The translations under genes and the position numbers were made by a program. Of a stretch of 64,000 nucleotides of DNA, positions 21,880-30,864 are shown in pieces. The stretch lies in NCBI GenBank assembly GCA_963708135.1, contig OY970192.1, forward strand, positions 1,216,001 through 1,280,000, read 5' to 3'. The stretch is from an uncultured Gemmatimonadales bacterium (lineage in GTDB: Bacteria; Gemmatimonadota; Gemmatimonadetes; Longimicrobiales; RSA9). A model generated the notes under the pieces. That model saw only the letters and a program-made list of their open reading frames with translations. It made no database searches and had not been told where the DNA came from. How positions within the stretch are numbered: the stretch's first letter is position 1; each line of letters begins with the position of its first letter.

Positions 21880-22809
21880 ATGGCGATCGAGGGTGGCGGC
21901 ACGGAGGCGGAGGGGCAGGGCCGGGACGACGCGGTGGCGACGCGCGGCGGCGCGTACGCCGCGGCGCCCTTTGCCGGGACGCTCGTGCACGTGGAGCTCG
22001 GTGGCGTCGCGCTCTCGAGCCCCTTCCGCGGCGAGGCCCGCCGCATGGGCATCGTCGTGCATGCGGGGGCGCCCGAGCAGGCCTGGCCCTTCCTGGGCGG
22101 CAGCGACGGGACCGTCGTGGCGACCGTCGATCCCTACGACCTGCCGCCGGCGCTCGGCTTCATGCGCGAGCTGCGGCGCCGGGGCAGCTCGGCGGGCGTG
22201 CTGGCGGTGGCCGCCACGCGCGGGCTGCGGCGCACGACGAGCTTCCCCCTGCGCCGCGCCGGTGTGGACGAGTTCGTGGCGCTGTCCGCCGACGTGGACG
22301 AGTTCGCGGCGCGCCTCCGCGAGGTGGCCCGCCTGACCCGGGCGCGCCGCGGGACCCGCGTCCGCCCGCTGCTCCCGCTCTGGGCGCAGCCGCGTGACGA
22401 GGACGGCGAGTACCGGCCGATGACGGTCGCGGAGATCGCGGAGGCCCTGCGCGAGCGGCTCGAGCTGGGCGAGGAGGACGACCCCTTCTCGCTCACGCTC
22501 CTGCGGCTGCGCTGGACGGGGGGGGGAAGCTGGCCGCTGCTCAGGCGGTGGCTCCGCCTGGAGGAGGGAGACCTCCTCGCGGACCTGCCGGACGGGACCG
22601 TGGCCATCGCGCTGGAGGGGGTCCCGCCCGGCGCCGCCGGCACGGTGGTCGAGCGGATCGCGCGCTCCCAGCCGGGGCTCGGCGTGGACGCGCTGACGAC
22701 CCTCGAGGTGCCGCCCGACCAGCGCGCGCTCCTCGCCCTGCTCGGGGGGTGGAAGGAAGCTGCGGCGCTACCCGGGATTCAGCGGTCGATCGAGGGGAGG
22801 TCCACCTGA
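21880..22809 (+). CDS. Hypothetical: pseudo-receiver plus degenerate GGDEF-like domain (paralog of 33860..34759)
   Basis: Shares DPYDLP, RTT.S..L.RAGVDE, W.QPRD..GE.R..T.AE and EGDL.A.L.D blocks with the paralog; GAGG RBS. Confidence 0.65.
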   Translation: MAIEGGGTEAEGQGRDDAVATRGGAYAAAPFAGTLVHVELGGVALSSPFRGEARRMGIVVHAGAPEQAWPFLGGSDGTVVATVDPYDLPPALGFMRELRRRGSSAGVLAVAATRGLRRTTSFPLRRAGVDEFVALSADVDEFAARLREVARLTRARRGTRVRPLLPLWAQPRDEDGEYRPMTVAEIAEALRERLELGEEDDPFSLTLLRLRWTGGGSWPLLRRWLRLEEGDLLADLPDGTVAIALEGVPPGAAGTVVERIARSQPGLGVDALTTLEVPPDQRALLALLGGWKEAAALPGIQRSIEGRST

Positions 22810-23429
22810 TGCGTCCGACCCCGGCGCAGGAAGATCCGCGTCCGCACGGTGCGGCCGTCGTACGTGGCGGCGAAGGTCCCCAGCTCGATCGGCGCCGTGG
22901 ACGGGATCTCGAACGTGCCCGACCCCTCCGCCGCGATGCCGCCCAGCTGCAGCGTGCCGCCCGGGTACTCGTACTCCACGGAGACCGGCACCGCGTTCGG
23001 GTTGCGGACCTGTACGATCGTCGCGGCCGCGGGCGTCTCGGCCGCCGAGCCGTCGCGCTCCACGGGCGCACGCTCCTCGTCCTTCTTCTTCGGGGTGTTG
23101 CGGCGCCCGGTGATCCCGGCGTCCCCCGGCGCCCTCGTCGTGCCGCTCCCGACCGTGGCCGCCGCATCCTTCACCGTGGCCTTGAGCTCCGCGTCCGCGT
23201 GCATCATGAAGAAGCCCAGCCCGAGCCCGGCCGCGATGAAGATCCACGCGAGACCGTAGTGCCGGCGCATGAAGTGCTCCAGCGCCGTGCCGCCGCAGAA
23301 CGCGACGAAGCCCGCGCTCAGCACGTCCTTCGCCGGCCAGTCCACCAGCACGCCGGCGATCACCGCGAACGTGGCGAACACCAGCCCCGAGGTTGCTCCC
23401 TGGATCATCCAGCGGTTGCGGTCCCGCAT
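22779..23429 (-). CDS. Hypothetical membrane protein with C-terminal beta-rich domain
   Basis: GGAGGAG RBS before ATG 23429; 3 TM helices, linker, beta-rich tail; host-like codons. Confidence 0.6.
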   Translation of the reverse strand: MRDRNRWMIQGATSGLVFATFAVIAGVLVDWPAKDVLSAGFVAFCGGTALEHFMRRHYGLAWIFIAAGLGLGFFMMHADAELKATVKDAAATVGSGTTRAPGDAGITGRRNTPKKKDEERAPVERDGSAAETPAAATIVQVRNPNAVPVSVEYEYPGGTLQLGGIAAEGSGTFEIPSTAPIELGTFAATYDGRTVRTRIFLRRGRTHQVDLPSIDR

Positions 23430-23799
23430 TCCGGGAACTCCTCCGATTGCGCTTCGCGACGGGTGGGCGTACGGGAAACGACCGGCGTGGCCCGGTCCTG
23501 GGTGCACCTGCAGTGTGTGGATCGCTCGAACCAGAAGTTTACTCGAAACCGCCGGCGGCGCAAGGGCCGCGGCCCCGGGAAAGCCGCCCCCGCCGGTGCG
23601 ATCCGCTTGCACGGACGACGCGCGACCACTATCTTTGTCGGTCGTTCTCTCGTTCGGCTGACTTTCCCCGGCCGGCAACCGACTCCCCGGGTCTCCGGCG
23701 TTTCTTCCTGGATGTGTGGCTTTTGCACGTCGCGCCCCGCCGCCGATGGCCTGGTGAGCGGTGGCGCGCCTTACGAATGGACCCGGGAGGGATGTGAAC

Positions 23800-25128
23800 A
23801 TGCATACGCGTGAGGTGTCCCGCAGGCGAGCGGGCGGCAGGCTCGCGGCGCTCTTCCGGCGCCGCGCGCGGCGGTTCGGCAAGGACCGGCGTGGCGCCGT
23901 CCTGGTCGTGGTCGCGCTCTCCATGGTGGCCTTCGTCTCGATGGTCGCCCTCGTCGTCGATCTCGGCATGCTGCTGCTCGCGCACACCGAGGCGCAGCGC
24001 GCCGCCGATTCCGCGGCGCTCGCCGGCGCGAGCTCCTTCCTGACCTTCGACCCGGCGGTCACGCCGACCGAGGCCGAGGACACCGCCCGCGCGCGCGCCC
24101 TGGATTACGCCACGCGCCACACCATGCTGCACAACGCGATCGTGAACGGCGAGGTCACCATCCAGGTGGTGCTCGACTCCGAGAAGGTGCGCGTCACCGT
24201 CCACCGCCCGGCCATCTCCCTCATCTTCGCGCGCGTCTTCGGCATCAACACCGCGGGCGTCGCCGCGACCGCGGCCGCGGTCGCGGTCGATGCCGGCGCG
24301 GCTCCGTGCGTGAAGCCGTTCGCCATCCCCGACATGTGGGCCGCGAACCCCGCGGAGGACGTCAACAACAACCGCGTCTGGGATCTGTCCGGGTGCACCG
24401 ACAACAAGTGCAGCAACGAGGAGAAGTGGGGCTTCGACCCCGACAACGGCGACTTCTACACGCCCCGCACCGACGACAGCGGAAACGCCAACACGGACCC
24501 CACCGGCTACGGGACCGGCTACCGCAACGGCTACGCCGACGTCAGCGGGAGCGAATACTCCGGCGACTACGGCCGCCGCTTCGCCATGAAGGTGAATGGC
24601 GGCTCGGGCAAGTACATGCCGTCGTTCTGGTTCCCCTGGAAGATGCCGGGCAACAACGGCGCCAAGGACTACACCACCGCCATCGAGGGCTGCAGCTCCG
24701 TGCAGATCGGCGATACGGTCAGCTCCGACACCTCGTGGATCACTGCCGAGAAGGGCAATATCGGCCACCCCACCTATACGGCCATCGAGAACCTGATCCA
24801 CTCGAACTCGACCTATTCGAACGAGACCTGGGACGCTTCCGCCCTGGGCGGCGCGGGTGGGCCCTCCTCTGGAATCAATCCCGGCGACCCGCGCATCATC
24901 ACGGTGGCGCTCTTCGACCCCACGACGTTCGTCTCCTCGAATACCAAGAGCATGGTCTTCGTGGACTTCGCCACGTTCTTCCTCGAGGACCCCGACGTGG
25001 TCAACCCGGGCATGGCCGGCGGCCAGACCTTCAAGGCGCCCATCACCGCCCGCTACCTGGGCCGCGTCTCCGGTTCCTACGGTCCCAACAAGGGCACCAT
25101 CGTGAAGCGGCTGCGGCTGATCGAGTAG
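23800..25128 (+). CDS. TadG-like pseudopilin (Tad domain) with large C-terminal extracellular domain
   Basis: 'RRGAVLVVVAL...ALVVDLG...AQRAADSAALAGA', 'CVKPFAIPD.W'; GGGAGG RBS. Confidence 0.88.
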   Translation: MHTREVSRRRAGGRLAALFRRRARRFGKDRRGAVLVVVALSMVAFVSMVALVVDLGMLLLAHTEAQRAADSAALAGASSFLTFDPAVTPTEAEDTARARALDYATRHTMLHNAIVNGEVTIQVVLDSEKVRVTVHRPAISLIFARVFGINTAGVAATAAAVAVDAGAAPCVKPFAIPDMWAANPAEDVNNNRVWDLSGCTDNKCSNEEKWGFDPDNGDFYTPRTDDSGNANTDPTGYGTGYRNGYADVSGSEYSGDYGRRFAMKVNGGSGKYMPSFWFPWKMPGNNGAKDYTTAIEGCSSVQIGDTVSSDTSWITAEKGNIGHPTYTAIENLIHSNSTYSNETWDASALGGAGGPSSGINPGDPRIITVALFDPTTFVSSNTKSMVFVDFATFFLEDPDVVNPGMAGGQTFKAPITARYLGRVSGSYGPNKGTIVKRLRLIE

Positions 25129-25156
25129 GCTGTGGCTGCAGCAGCACGAGCTCGAG

Positions 25157-25189
25157 GAAGCCGCCCTCCTGTTCCGGGAGGGCGGCTTC
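25157..25189 (+). terminator. Stem-loop after the TadG-like gene
   Basis: GAAGCCGCCCTCC / GGAGGGCGGCTTC perfect 13 bp stem, followed by a weak U-tract (CTCTTGT). Confidence 0.65.
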
Positions 25190-25259
25190 GCTCTTGTGTG
25201 CCGTGGGTTCCGCCCGCGAGCCATCGGCTCGTTCTCGCTGGAGCTGAGGTCATCCAGTC

Positions 25260-25520
25260 GCCGGATGGTCGCCGTCGGCCCCGTCACGAATCTTGGCGGC
25301 CTGGCGCTCGCGCTGGCGCTCCTCCTGCTGATGTCAGGTCGTCGTCCGCCGGCTGTCCGCACCCTTGCATGGGCGGCGCTCGGTGGCTGCGTTGCGGCCG
25401 CCGTCCAGGCAAAGGCGTTCGGCTACCACTGGCTGCCGGCGGCCGGATGCCTGCTCGCGGCGGCCGGTCTGGGACTGGCCCTCGCCGGCGACCGGATGCC
25501 GCGGAGCCGGGCGATCTCCG
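25260..25520 (+). pseudogene. Fragment of a polytopic membrane (GT-C-like) gene
   Basis: Hydrophobic run with 'AVQAKAFGYHWLP'; no credible start and degrades downstream. Confidence 0.35.
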
Positions 25521-25853
25521 GTCGAGCTGCGACACGAATTGCGGGTAGCGCTCGCGCCGGCGCGGCGGCCCGGCGGCATCCGCCCGACCTGGTGCTGGTC
25601 GATCTCGCGCGCGGCACCGCGCCGGACGGACCTCCGCTCCGGCTTTTCCCGGGCGGGGCAGATGCGCGTGGGTTCGAGGCCGGCGCCAAGGGCACGGACT
25701 GTTTCCGGGCGCATCGGCCACGGCCAGGAGCCACCGGATTCGGATTCCGGGGCTACGCCCCTGGATTCGGATTCGTTGAGACAACGGGGCCGCGCGCGCG
25801 CGCCCGACCCCGTGGCTCTGTCAAGTGTGATTGCCGCGCGCGCCCGGCGCGGC

Positions 25854-27659
25854 CTAGAAGGCCAGGCCGCCGGTCACGCCGATGCTCCAGTAGCGGTAGC
25901 CGTGGGAGTTCACGCCCCAGCGCTGCAGGGCGTTGGCGGCGTAGTAGCCGGTGAGCCCGATCTGGGCGCCGGGGGCGATGGTGTAGGCGATGGTGGCCTG
26001 GCCGCGGTAGGCGCCCTGGACGGGGCCGTCGCGCTCGATCTGCTGGAGGCCGGGGGCGACTTCCAGGACGGTGCGCCAGGCGGTGCCGTTGCGCGTCCAG
26101 TTGAGGGTGGCCTCGGCGAGGCCGTAGTAGTTGGGATCGAAGTAGCCCTCGTTCAGGTGCTTCTCGAAGCCAAGACCCGTAAGTGCCATGCCCGCACGGA
26201 TCTGACTGGCGATCGAGCGCGTGATGGTTCCACGCACCAGCAGCCGCTGGTTCTGCTCGGCGCCGTCGAAGATGGCGCCCGCGGTGCGCAGTGTGGCGGC
26301 CCAGGGCGCGGCGGGCGCGGTCTCGATGGAGAGCGCCAGCTCCTGGTACGTGATGCTGTTGTCGGCCAGCAGCGCCGTGTAGTCGAAGAGCGAGCGCTGA
26401 TAGCTCAGCCCGGCCGTGAGCGGGCGGCCGGCGGGCGTACGGATCGCGCCGGTGTAGCGGGCCACCCAATGGTTGTCCTGCGCCACGGTCGCCGCGCCGC
26501 CGCCGGCGGAGAGGGTCCAGCCGCCGGCCACGAAGGCGGTCAGCGTGAGTAGCCCGCCATAGGTGCTGTGGTCGAGGCCGGGCGCGTCAAGCAGCAGCTT
26601 CTTGCGGTAGCCGTCGGCCGCGATCTCCAGGTGGGCGCCGGGATTCCAGCGGAGCACGAGGCGGGAGGTGTTGATGCGGTTGCCGTCGTTGTCGTGCTCG
26701 TAGTTGTTGGAGGCGTAGGCGCGCGGCCCGGCGGCGGCCTCGGCCCAGGCGATCTGGTTCTGCACCTCGGGGTCGTCGGGGGCCAGCCGTCGGGCGCGAT
26801 CGAGCACGGAGAGCGCCTCGGAGGCGCGCCCCTCCCAGCGCAGCGTCTGGGCGAGCCCGACCAGGCCCTCCACGTCCTGCGGCGCCACGGCCAGCACGCG
26901 GTTCCACGCGGCCTCCGCCTCGCGCAGCCGGCCGCTCCAGGCGTAGGTGCGCGCGACGCCGCGCAGCGCCTCGAGGTCGTTGGGCTTCTGGCGCAGGATC
27001 GACTGGTAGACGGCACGGGCGGTGTCCTGTGCCCCGCCGTAGGCGTAGCTGAGGGCAAGGCCGAGGCGGGCCTCCGCCTGGGCGGGATCGACGGCGAGCA
27101 GGTCCTGGAACGCCTGCGCGGCCTCCGTCCGCTTGCCGGACCAGAGCAGCGCGTGCGCCTTGCCGAGCAGCAGCTCCTCGCGGTGCGCCGTGTCGGTGGC
27201 CAGCAGCCGGTCGTAGAGGGGCAGGGCGGTGCGGAAGTCGCCCGACCAGGTGGCGAACTGCGCCCGCGCGAACTCGGCATCCACGTTGTTCGGGTCCCGC
27301 GCCAGGATCGAGTCCACGGCGGCGGAGGCGCTGGCGAAGTCCTTCTTCCACGCGAACACGCGCGCGCGCTCCAGCGCCGCCTTCTCGTCCCGCGGCGTGA
27401 GGCGCAGCAGCCGGTCGAAGAGCGCGGTGCTCTCGTCGTAGCGCCTGGACCAGCCGACCATGAGCGCCAGCCGGTGCAGCGCGACGGTGTCGGTGGAGTC
27501 CGCCGCGAGCATGCGCCGGTAGAGCGGCTCGGCGGTGGCGTAGTCGCCGCGGTTCCAGGCCGCGGCCGCGGGATCCTGGGCATGCGCGGGACGCGCCGAC
27601 CCCAGCGATACGGCCAGGAGCACGGCGGCCGCGGGCATCCAGTGCAGTCGAGTCTTCAT
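25854..27659 (-). CDS. TPR-repeat outer-membrane beta-barrel protein (PgaA/NfrA/YaiO-like export porin)
   Basis: Signal peptide, about 8 TPRs ('A....W.G....A...Y..L...P...A'), amphipathic beta C-terminus, 'GYFDP', terminal Phe. Confidence 0.78.
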   Translation of the reverse strand: MKTRLHWMPAAAVLLAVSLGSARPAHAQDPAAAAWNRGDYATAEPLYRRMLAADSTDTVALHRLALMVGWSRRYDESTALFDRLLRLTPRDEKAALERARVFAWKKDFASASAAVDSILARDPNNVDAEFARAQFATWSGDFRTALPLYDRLLATDTAHREELLLGKAHALLWSGKRTEAAQAFQDLLAVDPAQAEARLGLALSYAYGGAQDTARAVYQSILRQKPNDLEALRGVARTYAWSGRLREAEAAWNRVLAVAPQDVEGLVGLAQTLRWEGRASEALSVLDRARRLAPDDPEVQNQIAWAEAAAGPRAYASNNYEHDNDGNRINTSRLVLRWNPGAHLEIAADGYRKKLLLDAPGLDHSTYGGLLTLTAFVAGGWTLSAGGGAATVAQDNHWVARYTGAIRTPAGRPLTAGLSYQRSLFDYTALLADNSITYQELALSIETAPAAPWAATLRTAGAIFDGAEQNQRLLVRGTITRSIASQIRAGMALTGLGFEKHLNEGYFDPNYYGLAEATLNWTRNGTAWRTVLEVAPGLQQIERDGPVQGAYRGQATIAYTIAPGAQIGLTGYYAANALQRWGVNSHGYRYWSIGVTGGLAF

Positions 27660-27669
27660 ACGGAGCTCC

Positions 27670-30351
27670 TCACCGGAGCGTTAGCGTGGTGCGAGGCAGC
27701 GTATGGAACGCCTCGCGCAGTGAGTCGTAGGCGGGCCGCAGCCGGGCGGTCCACTCCGGCTGCTGCCACGTGGGCCAGGTGAAGAAGGCGCCGTCCGTGG
27801 CCCGCGCGGGCCAGCTGGCCCAGTCGCCATCGGCAGAGCGGGTCGCGGCCAGGATCCGGATCCCCGGCAGGATCTCGGTGGCCAGCGCGTCCTGCTCGCC
27901 GAACTCGGGGCTGGAGGTTCCGCCCGGGATCGGCCGCGCGTGGGCCTGCTCGAGCGCGCGCCTGGCGCTGGCGTCCGTGATGTCGATCAGCATCCACGGG
28001 ATGCGCACCTCGAGGGCGCCCGGCACGGCGCTCCACAGCCCGTCGGGCGGGTTGCCCGCCGGCAGCGCGCCGCGGTCGTAGCCGAGCGAGGGGTACTCCC
28101 TGCCGTCCGGCGTGAAGCGGCGCCCGTCCAGCACGACGTCGAGCGAGTCGTAGCGGCCCGACGAGTCGGCCACCGGCACCGTGGCGCGGCTCATCGTGTT
28201 CAGCACGCGCCCCTGGAACGCGCCGGGCAGCGGCGGCCCGTGCAGCGGAAAGGGCAGCGTCGGGTGTTCCGGCACGGTGTCCGGGATCGGCTGGATGGGG
28301 AAGGGAACCGCAGCCGGCTGCCCCACCACCTCGGCATGGCCGCCACCCGCCGTCACGGCGAACTCGACGCCTGAGGGCAGCGCCGGGCCGGCCGCGTAGC
28401 CGGGCCAGCGGAACGCGCCTCTCTTCGGGTTCCACAGGTCGAGGCCGACGAAAGTCCGGGCGGGCGGGGCCGTGCTGTCGTACTGTACGAGCACCCACAG
28501 GTACGAGGCGTCCGCCGCGGCGCGCACCTCGATGCCGTCGTGCGCCGGCGCCAGCGGCGGAAGCTTGCGCCAGGCCCGGAGACGCGCGGTCAGGTCGTCG
28601 CCTGGAACGGCTTGCGCGGCCTCCATGGCCACGAGCCCGAAGTACTGCTCGGGGTTCATGGCGTTCTTCCACATGCGCTGGCGCTCCAGCGGGATCGTCG
28701 TCGAGACCGCCACCCAGCTGCGCTTGAACCACTCGTCCATCCACTCGAAGGCGACGCCGCCCGCCGCCCCCGCGGCGGAGATCTCGCGCGTCATCTGCGC
28801 CAGAATGGCCGCGGCCTGCGCCTCCGTCAGCCCGCCGTGGTCCCGGCCCTCCGGCTGCACGTGGGCGGCGCCGATGCTGGGCGGGATGCCGTACTCGGCC
28901 ACGACCAGCGGCATGGGCGCGTAGTGGTCGCGCAGCGCGCGCACGTAGCGCTGGTAGCCGGAGCGGTGCTTCGGATCCGGCAGGTTGGCCTCGTGCACGA
29001 GGAAGTCGGGCCAGTACGGGTAGATGTGGTACGAGGCGAAGATGCCGCCCCGGAAGCCGCCCGTGCCCTCGAGCTTCTTCTCGTCCAGCGACACGGCATC
29101 CACGTCGAAGGGCGGCCCCACGCGCGTGATCTTCTCGCCCAGCGCGCGCCGGAACGCCAGCTCCTGCGTCTGCGTGGCCTCGGTGGGATGCGTCAGCGGG
29201 TCGAGCGGCGGCCAGTTGGTGAAGGCGACGGGGCGCTGCTCGTCGTAGCGGTCCATCTCGTGCGACACGAGCACGTCCAGCGCCCGCGCCATGACCGCCT
29301 CCATGGGCGTCACGCTGTCGGCCCGGATGTAGCGGCCCGGCCAGCCGCGCAGCTCGGGGTGCATGCGGTTGAACGACTCGACCGAGTACGGCTCCCACTC
29401 GCGGCCGATGAGATAGGCCAGGGTCCAGCGCGAGACGTCGGCGCGGTAGAAGCCGGAGGCGCGGCCGCGCATCGGCCGCACGTCGGCGCGCCCGTGCACG
29501 ATGTCCACGGCGGTCCGCAGATCCACGTCGAAGCCGTCCTTCCACTGGCTGCCCAGGTAGTCGTCGTCCGCCGGCAGCTCCGCCCACACGCCCTGGATCA
29601 GCCACAGCGGATGGTCCGGGTGCGCCATGTCGTAGGCGCGCAGCGCGCCGTAGAAGGCGGGCGGGTGCAGCGTGTAGACGCGGAGCGCGTTCGCCCCGAC
29701 CGCGCCGATCTTCTCCAGCCACCCCGCGTAGGTGGCGCTGTCCGGGAACTGGCTGGCGAACTTGCCGGGCAGCGCCGCGCCCAGGTCCACGCCCTTCACA
29801 TAGAAGGGGCGCCACGCGCCATCCGGCCCGCGCACCTCGAACGCCGGGCCGTCGGTGCGCGCCCACAGGACGAGCGAGTCGGGACGCTCGAAGCGCGGCA
29901 TGGGCGGGGGCGTGCCCATCCCCTCCGGCATCTCGGCCAGGTACTCCGCCGGCTCGGGACGGCGCGGATCCACCGCGTGCGCCTGGGTGAAGAGCGCGTA
30001 CGACTCGGCGAACGCGCCTACCTGAAACGCAGCAATGCCGCCGCCAACCAGCGCATCCGCGTCCGTGGGCGAGTGCTTGCGTGCCTGCGCGAAGTCGCGA
30101 CGCGCCGCGGGGATGTCTCCCCGGCGCAGCGCCACGAAGCCGAGGCCGTTCAGCGCGCCCACGTGCGCCCGGCACATGCGGTGCGCGTCGCCGAACGCCT
30201 CGCCGGCCGCCTTCACGTCGCCCCTGGCGAACGCGGCCCAGCCCGTCTGCACGATCGGGTTCGCCCCGCGCGGGCAGCGGTCGCGGACACGGATGCCGAG
30301 CGCGGCCACGCTGATGAAGGTGACCAGGATGACCAGCAGCGTCTTCTTCAT
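27670..30351 (-). CDS. Exported TPR plus glycoside hydrolase (GH-A clan TIM-barrel-like) protein
   Basis: N-terminal anchor, TPRs, 'VKGV.LG', 'GANALRVYT', 'GREWEP', 'YHIYPY', 'VAEYG', 'FEW.DEWFK', 'EQYFGL'. Confidence 0.75.
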   Translation of the reverse strand: MKKTLLVILVTFISVAALGIRVRDRCPRGANPIVQTGWAAFARGDVKAAGEAFGDAHRMCRAHVGALNGLGFVALRRGDIPAARRDFAQARKHSPTDADALVGGGIAAFQVGAFAESYALFTQAHAVDPRRPEPAEYLAEMPEGMGTPPPMPRFERPDSLVLWARTDGPAFEVRGPDGAWRPFYVKGVDLGAALPGKFASQFPDSATYAGWLEKIGAVGANALRVYTLHPPAFYGALRAYDMAHPDHPLWLIQGVWAELPADDDYLGSQWKDGFDVDLRTAVDIVHGRADVRPMRGRASGFYRADVSRWTLAYLIGREWEPYSVESFNRMHPELRGWPGRYIRADSVTPMEAVMARALDVLVSHEMDRYDEQRPVAFTNWPPLDPLTHPTEATQTQELAFRRALGEKITRVGPPFDVDAVSLDEKKLEGTGGFRGGIFASYHIYPYWPDFLVHEANLPDPKHRSGYQRYVRALRDHYAPMPLVVAEYGIPPSIGAAHVQPEGRDHGGLTEAQAAAILAQMTREISAAGAAGGVAFEWMDEWFKRSWVAVSTTIPLERQRMWKNAMNPEQYFGLVAMEAAQAVPGDDLTARLRAWRKLPPLAPAHDGIEVRAAADASYLWVLVQYDSTAPPARTFVGLDLWNPKRGAFRWPGYAAGPALPSGVEFAVTAGGGHAEVVGQPAAVPFPIQPIPDTVPEHPTLPFPLHGPPLPGAFQGRVLNTMSRATVPVADSSGRYDSLDVVLDGRRFTPDGREYPSLGYDRGALPAGNPPDGLWSAVPGALEVRIPWMLIDITDASARRALEQAHARPIPGGTSSPEFGEQDALATEILPGIRILAATRSADGDWASWPARATDGAFFTWPTWQQPEWTARLRPAYDSLREAFHTLPRTTLTLR

Positions 30352-30373
30352 CCGGTGTGCCCCCGGGAGCCGG

Positions 30374-30841
30374 TCACCGCTGCGGCCCCGCGCCGGGCGC
30401 GGCCGGCGCCCCGGCCGCCATGCGGGCGAGGTGCTCGCGGATGTCGGGGCGCTCCGGCGCCAGCTCGCGCGCCCGCGTCAGGCGCTCGCGCGCCCGCTCG
30501 AGCTCGCCCAGCTGGTAGCTGGCCACGCCGTCGCCCACGAGGGCGTCCACGGCGTTGGAGTCGTGCGCGAGGATCCACTCGAATTGGGCGCGCGCGCTGT
30601 CGGGGCGGCCCAGCCGGAGCTCGGCGAAGCCGAGGCCGGAATGCGCGTCCAGGTGCGACGGGCAGCTCGCCGCCGCGGCGCGGAAGCGCGCCTGCGCGCT
30701 GTCGATCGCGCCCGTCCGGTACGCGGCCCAGCCCTGCCGGGCCGCCTCGTTCGCGACGCGCGGGCAGGGATCGCGGTAATGCCAGGCGGCAACCGAGAGC
30801 GCGAGAAGCACGGCGCCGAGCACGAGCCAGGTCTTGGCCAT
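30374..30841 (-). CDS. Small exported TPR protein
   Basis: Signal/TM followed by about 3 TPRs; GGAG RBS; similar to the N-terminus of 27670..30351. Confidence 0.8.
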   Translation of the reverse strand: MAKTWLVLGAVLLALSVAAWHYRDPCPRVANEAARQGWAAYRTGAIDSAQARFRAAAASCPSHLDAHSGLGFAELRLGRPDSARAQFEWILAHDSNAVDALVGDGVASYQLGELERARERLTRARELAPERPDIREHLARMAAGAPAAPGAGPQR

Positions 30842-30864
30842 CTTGGGTCTCCTCGAAACCGCGT

